NCBI RefSeq assembly: GCF_009914755.1
Contig: NC_060928.1
DNA: 64,000 nucleotides
Reading direction: 5' to 3' (one strand)
From: the human T2T-CHM13v2.0 reference genome, Homo sapiens
Of the stretch, positions 57,988-64,000 are shown one piece after another. Both the position numbers and the translations under genes were made by a program. The notes under the pieces are model-generated. The model was not told the DNA's origin. It saw only the letters and a list, made by a program, of their open reading frames with translations, and searched no databases. The first letter of the stretch is position 1. The number at the start of each line of letters is the position of its first letter.

Positions 57988-58059
57988 TCCTTTTCAGTCC
58001 CTGAACCATTGCATAACTGGGTTTCCTTTTCAGTCCCTGAACCATTGGATAACTTGGAC
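57988..58059. repeat. 36 bp x2 tandem duplication
   Basis: tccttttcagtccctgaaccattgcataactgggtt / tccttttcagtccctgaaccattggataacttggac. Confidence 0.92.
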
Positions 58060-59283
58060 TCTGCAGACTACAGCCTTTAGACACAGCCAGGAAATATAAA
58101 ACATACCACACTCATTGGAAATAAAGGTAGAGAGGAAGAATTGGGTTGGTCACCAGTTGCTATTTCCTCTTAGAATAAAGCAAAATATAAACTCTCTGTA
58201 ATCACAGATTGGAAATCAATTGAGTCTATTTCTTTGGGTTTATGAGGACAATCACATAAACAAATCTTGCTAGATAGTCACGTATTTATTGTTAAGAGGC
58301 CTCCAGAGAAGGAAATCCCCAGTTTTTCTCCATACCCCAGGTCAACATTTAATTGGCCTCACTCTACATTACTCAGAAGGCATTTTGGTTCTTGTCTACT
58401 TCCTGGTACTCACTATGGAGCAGCTGGTCATCATCTCTCTTCTTGGATTATGATTTTTAAAAGCCTCATTCAGCTTCCATATTTGTTCTATGAGCTTCTC
58501 ATCCTAGATCCCGGGTAATCATAATCAGTCATAAATAGCTCCCTTTGCCCTAAGGGGCAGTGAGCAAATAGCTGGAAAAGTTGAAGATGATACTGCATGG
58601 AGACACGAGCTATCAGATGGCCTGTTCTTGGCACATGAAAGGGTATGATCTATAACTTGTACAACACAGATACATCTTGAGATCCAAAACTGAGCACAGA
58701 GCTTATTTTCTTCCATTTCTACTCAACTTGCTTGTGTGGCCAGAGGATACCATTTTGTATACAGGGCCATGTTAAGACTTCCAAGCATCCTGGAGGCAGA
58801 AATCCTGTTTGAAGCTAGTGGATACATGTAGTGGTTTCTTTTTTCCCAAATGAAAATAAAAAATAAAACACAAATCCCATCTTTTATGATTAAAAAATAA
58901 TTTCAGTTCACTATTTTAAAACACAAACACAAAAAAGTAGAAAGAAGGGAGTAATAATCACTAAAGTCTTCCACCCAAAGATGATAGCTAGTTGTTTTTT
59001 TCGTGAACATTATTACAAACATTTTTTCTCTGCATGTACATACAAATATGTACCTCCACTCTTAGGCCTGCAACATCTGGAAGGATGTGAAGGCAAAACC
59101 CATTTTCAGAAAAAAAGTATGGATGATAGCTCACTTACTTGGGTCAATAAGATGGTACAGAACATTGCCTTTCCCTTGGAATTACATTTCAGGGCAAAAG
59201 CAGTCACCTCAGGTGGGCATCTGGCTCTGAGCCTCTTCTCTGGTCTATCATTCTCTTCCCCTCTTCCTCCTATAATTCTTATA

Positions 59284-59589
<306 letters not shown>

Positions 59590-60849
59590 TAGATGTTCAG
59601 GGCCCTATCCTGTGCCATCCCCAAAGGGCTTCTCTCCTTACTAAGCAGGGTAGAAGAGGCTACGTGTTGCATAGAGAAATTGTCTTTGAGGACCAGCACT
59701 CACCATCAAGTTCATGTTGAGGGCCAAACCTGTCCACCTAAGTGCCTTTGCACCACACACTTCTACCACTGGGAATCTGTACAAAAAGAGGAGAATGTGA
59801 GTTATTCTAACACTTTGAGGATAGGAAGAGGCATCAATAAAACCTGAATTCCATCACAATGTTTTGGCAATAAGGCCAGACTCCCTCCCAAGACATTCCC
59901 TTTAAGCCTTGATGTTTTATCTGTAAAGTGAGAAGAGTGATATCTTCTTCACAAGGTTGTTGGGAAAATAAAATGAGATACATGTAGCAGTTTAAAGAAG
60001 GCCAAGAATGAGATAGACCCCCTAGGCAGCTGCTCTCCAAGAGGTCTCTAAAAGCATCAGTGCCCTGATATTCCAGGATAAGATCTTTAGCTTTGTAAGT
60101 TCAGAATTTAAATTATTAGTTCATTTAGATAGTGCCTTATGGTAAGTATTGGTATTGCAGAATATACTCACATTACCAAAACTCGCTAGAGACTGAACTA
60201 TAAACTAGAATGCAATTTAATAAACAATAAAAATTATAACTTATCTTGCTGGTCAGTAAATCTACAGGGAAAGTAACTTATAAGCAGAATATTCCTCAGT
60301 GAACGGGAAACAGAGCCGGATTTTTTTGGGTAATAATAGTGATTAATGTCTTCTAACCATGATAGCCTGGGGGCAACCACCATCCTAACTGGGATAGTGC
60401 TGCTGCATGGACTGAATGCTGGAATGTGTAGATTAAGGCAGCCTTTTTTCTGCATAGTGCCTGGATGAATAAACCTTGTCTTTTTAGCTTCCACCACACC
60501 CCCTGTCACCGCCACCACCTTCTTCCTGCCACCGCAGTGCCCAGACTTGGATACATTAACGTTTCTCATTAGGATGCAATCATGCTTCTACTTAAATTAT
60601 CTTAGGAAGAGCACATAGTACTACTGGAAGTTAATAGGCATTACTATAAAACAGGTGCCATCGTCAAGAAAGTTTAGAAAACACTGAATTAAACAAGCTA
60701 AATACTTAAAAAAAACCACAAAAACCGTCAGATTTCTCAGAGGCTGAATGTGAACTATGTCGACATTGTTCACCATTCCATCTACCTCCTTAAAAAAGAG
60801 CACTTACTAAATCTCTGTTGAGTGAATGAAAGTCCTTGGTGATCTTTCT

Positions 60850-61000
60850 ATGTGACTGGGCAAGTTACTTCACCTCTTTATGTCCAGTTTCTTATCTGTG
60901 AAATGAGGATAAAGGATCTACCTTATAGGGTTGTTATGAGGAATAAATTGGTTAATGTATGTAAAGTGCTTAAAACAGTGCCTGGCCTATATTAAGCATC
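60850..61000 (+). mobile_element. MIR
   Basis: 'tgtgactgggcaagttacttcacctct...agtttcttatctgtgaaatgaggataa...gtaaagtgcttaaaacagtgcctggc'. Confidence 0.88.
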
Positions 61001-61315
61001 ATGTGTTTCATATTCATTACTTCCATACCTGTTTATACTTTCACTACATATGTGTGCATCCATGAACATATGTGGTACAATTTTGTGCTTTACAAGTTTG
61101 AATAAATTGAACCATACTAGATCCATCAATTTGCAACTATTAATATATGTATTTTTTAGTTTATTCATTTTTATTGTTGTGTAATATTCCATTGTATAAA
61201 TAACTGCAACTTAACTATCTCCTTTTTTTGGCATTTAGGCTGTTCCTAGTCTCTGCTATTATGAATGATTACATTGTAAATATTCTTATATGTCTCCTTA
61301 TAAACGTTGTGTATA
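60895..61315 (+). repeat. Direct duplication copy 1 (MIR 3' half plus old L1 fragment)
   Basis: About 97% identical to 62884-63305. The near-identical ORFs at 60992-61192 and 62981-63181 agree. Confidence 0.98.
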
Positions 61316-62466
61316 ACTGCCTAGATAAATTTTGTTTTTTTTTTTTTTGTCACATTCTCACAAAGTAATCTTATCATTAAGTCCTTAGGGGGAATGATAC
61401 CAATTACATAACATATTGAAAAGCTGATGCCTGGCTCAGAGAGGATGCCCTATTATTCCATATGATTTCATCTTCCCAATCAAAGCATGTACTCTAAGGA
61501 GAACAGGAAATGGGAGAATGCAGCAGATTATTCTTCAAAATAGCCTCGTGACCCTGGGGCAGATTGTTTGTTCTTTGGACCTCAGTTTCTTCACCTGGAA
61601 AATGAGTGGTTATCTCTTAGGTCCTTTCACACCTCCGAGTTTTTAAAGTCTGTATTCTACATGATCTAGAACACCACTGGAGCAAAAAAAGCACTCCATA
61701 AATGTTTGTTGATTGAAATGGGGCCAAGGTGACAAGATGCATTTTGAAAAAGCTGTTCCATGAGTGCCAGAACAACATGTTCCCATAAAGGAGCGGAAGA
61801 GCACAAGACTAATATAAAGCTTTTGGGAAACCTTAAAGCAACAGGGGAAAGTCCCCCAAAGCAGAAATTGGCTAGATAACCACAGGAGAAATATCAGGAA
61901 ATTGCACAACTTTGTAAGAACCAGATTAAAAATGCTAAGGGAAGGAGACATTCTACTTTTAAGAGACATGAAGCAAGAGGCAAGAGCCAGTTGTTGCTCA
62001 GAGTGAAATAATGTAGAAAGTCAACAGCCTCTAAATATCCTCTCCCCCACAAAAGTTCTGCTCTTGTTGGAGATTTTTAAAAATAGAACAAAAGGTTATC
62101 ACTCCCACCAGCAGACACAATGTCCTAATGTCTCCAACCAAAAGTTCTCTTCTTTGACCCTGCTTCCTCCTCTAATTACCATCATATGGCTAATGGCATT
62201 GCCCTTCACCCTATCGTATCTCCTCATCCCTGAAGGGAGAAGGAGAGGGACCTTTTGGTATAATAATGCATCCAAGTCTTCTTTCATTATAAGAATGCAC
62301 CATGCTCCTCCCAGGTTGCACTGAGTGGAACCAATAATCTGGAGGTGAAACAAAGTGGGACAAAAGGAAAGTGCACAGAGGCGAGAAAGAGCAAAATTGA
62401 GATGCTGACATATTACACCAGAAAATAGAACATTTCCGGCTGTAGCTGGTACTGCTGGTTATTTCA

Positions 62467-62861
62467 TGATATGGTTTGGATCTGTGTCCCCACCCAAATC
62501 TCATGTCAAATTGTAATCTCCAATGTTGGAGGTGGGGGCCTGGTGGGAAGTGATTGGATTATGGGCAAATTTTCCCCTTTGGTGCTGTTCTTGTGATCGA
62601 ATTTTCATAAGATCTGGTTGTTTGAAAGTGTATAGCACCTCCTCCTCTCTTCCTCCTTCTCTGGCCATGTGAGATGTCTTGCTCCTCCTTCACCTTCAGC
62701 CATGATTGAAAGTTTCCTGAGGCCTCCCCAGGAGCTGAGCAGATGCCAGCAACATGATTCCTACACAACCTGCAGAACTGTGAGCCAATTAAACCTCTTT
62801 TTTTGGTAAACTAGCCAGTCTCAGGAATTTCTTTATAGCTGTGTGAAAATGGACTAATATA
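62467..62861 (+). mobile_element. MST (MSTA-like MaLR) solo LTR
   Basis: 'tgatatggtttggatctgtgtccccacccaaatctcatgtc...cctgcagaactgtgagccaattaaacctc...aatggactaatata'. Confidence 0.93.
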
Positions 62862-62883
62862 TCTCCTAACATCTTTTCTCTCC

Positions 62884-63305
62884 TCTGTGAAATGAGGATA
62901 AAGTATCTACCTTGTAGGGTTGTTATGAGGAATAAATCGGTTAATGTATGTAAAGTGCTTAAAACAGTGCCTGGCATATATTAAGCATCATGTGTTTCAT
63001 ATTCATTACTTCCATACCTGTTTATACTTTCACTACATATGTGTGCATCCATAAACATATGTGGTACAATTTTGTGTTTTACAAGTTTGAATAAATTGAA
63101 CCATACTAGATCCATCAATTTGCAACTATTAATATATGTATTTTTTAGTTTATTCATTTTTATTGATGTGTAATATTCCATTGTATAAATAACTGCAACT
63201 TAACTTTCTCCTTTTTTTGTGCATTTAGGCTGTTTCTAGTCTCTGCTATTATGAATAATTACATTGTAAATATTCTTATATGTCTCCTTATAAACATTGT
63301 GTATA
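62884..63305 (+). repeat. Direct duplication copy 2
   Basis: Matches 60895-61315 with ~11 substitutions and 1 indel. Confidence 0.98.
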
Positions 63306-63554
63306 GATGGAAATAGAAGTTTAAGCCAGGATGTGGAAGTTCAGCTACAAAACCTACTTCCCAGCCTGCTTTGCAATTAAAGATGGCCATGTGACTAGGA
63401 TCTGGCCAATGGGATTTGAGTGAAAGAGATATGTGTAAATTTCTCACACATTCTCTCGTTGTAAGGGCATGTTAAAGGGAAGAATTGTGTCCTTCCCTTG
63501 CTTTCTGACTGGAATGTGGATGGTGGGGGCAGTTAGAGCAGCTCTCTTGGGCTA

Positions 63555-63908
63555 TCTTATCGACTGAATTGTGTCCCTGCCAAATGTATATGTTGAAGCC
63601 GTAAGTCCCAACATGACTGTATTTGAAGATATGGCCTATAGGGAGATGATTAAGGTTAAATAAAGTTACAAAGGTGGGACCCTAATCCAATAGGACTAGT
63701 GTCCTTTAAGAAGAGGCACCCAGAGGAAAGATCAGGTGAGGACACAGTGAGAAGGTAGCCATTTGCAAGCCAGAAAGAGAGACCTCACCAGAAACCAACT
63801 CTGTTGACACCTTGGTCTTGGACTTCTAGCCTTCTGAACTGTGAGAAAATGAGTTTCTGTTGTTTAAGCCACCAAGTCTGTGGCATTCTGTTATGGCAGC
63901 CTAATACA
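63555..63908 (+). mobile_element. MLT1A-like solo LTR
   Basis: 'gactgaattgtgtccc...tatgttgaagcc...gggaccctaatccaataggactagtgtcc...tgttgtttaagccaccaagtctgtggcattctgttatggcagcctaataca'. Confidence 0.9.
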
Positions 63909-64000
63909 GGCATGAGATAGAAGTCACACATTGAGGATGACAGGACAACAAAATTAGAAGGAACCTGGGTTCATGGTGGCTGTGAAGTTGCCATGCCAAC

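Larger units (their letters stand above)
62443..64000 (+). mobile_element. Old MLT1 (J/K-like) LTR interrupted by MST, the duplication copy and MLT1A
   Basis: 'tacttcccagcctgctttgcaattaaagatggccatgtgactaggatctggccaatggg', resuming after 63908 with 'attagaaggaacctgggt'. 5' edge inferred. Confidence 0.55.

Noticed and set aside
61316-62883. Retrocopy flanked by a 420 bp giant TSD (poly-T at ~61330-61348)
   Set aside because: No poly-A signal next to the T tract, and copy 2 appears to interrupt an MLT1 LTR, which favours a templated insertion of copy 2.
60992-63181. Pair of near-identical 66 aa ORFs suggesting a gene family
   Set aside because: By-product of the 420 bp duplication; the N-terminus (MEYYTTIKMNKL) is an L1 ORF2 C-terminal relic.

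Overview
This is mammalian, almost certainly primate/human, non-coding genomic DNA (intergenic or deep intronic). It contains Alu, primate L1PA, THE1/MST and MADE1 elements, and CpG is depleted. I recognise no host protein-coding exon, RNA gene, CRISPR array or prokaryote-type system. The ORF track consists of chance ORFs, Alu read-throughs and broken ORF1/ORF2 pieces of one full-length, inactive L1PA7-like element (49103-55582, minus). Roughly half the window is recognisable interspersed repeat, often nested. The features the repeats do not explain are locally templated duplications: a ~230 bp inverted copy (16669-16898 vs 17971-18202), a ~420 bp direct copy (60895-61315 vs 62884-63305), a fold-back palindrome inside a MER5A, a 22 bp inverted copy extending a MADE1 hairpin, and a two-patch micro-insertion inside L1 ORF2. 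Other points of interest are a probable L1 3' transduction, a tailless Alu with a TSD and a 32 bp-period CCAAT palindrome array. I found no evidence for a new gene system. Repeat families were called by eye from remembered consensus sequences, so subfamily names and the edges of old elements are approximate. Identities were counted by hand.
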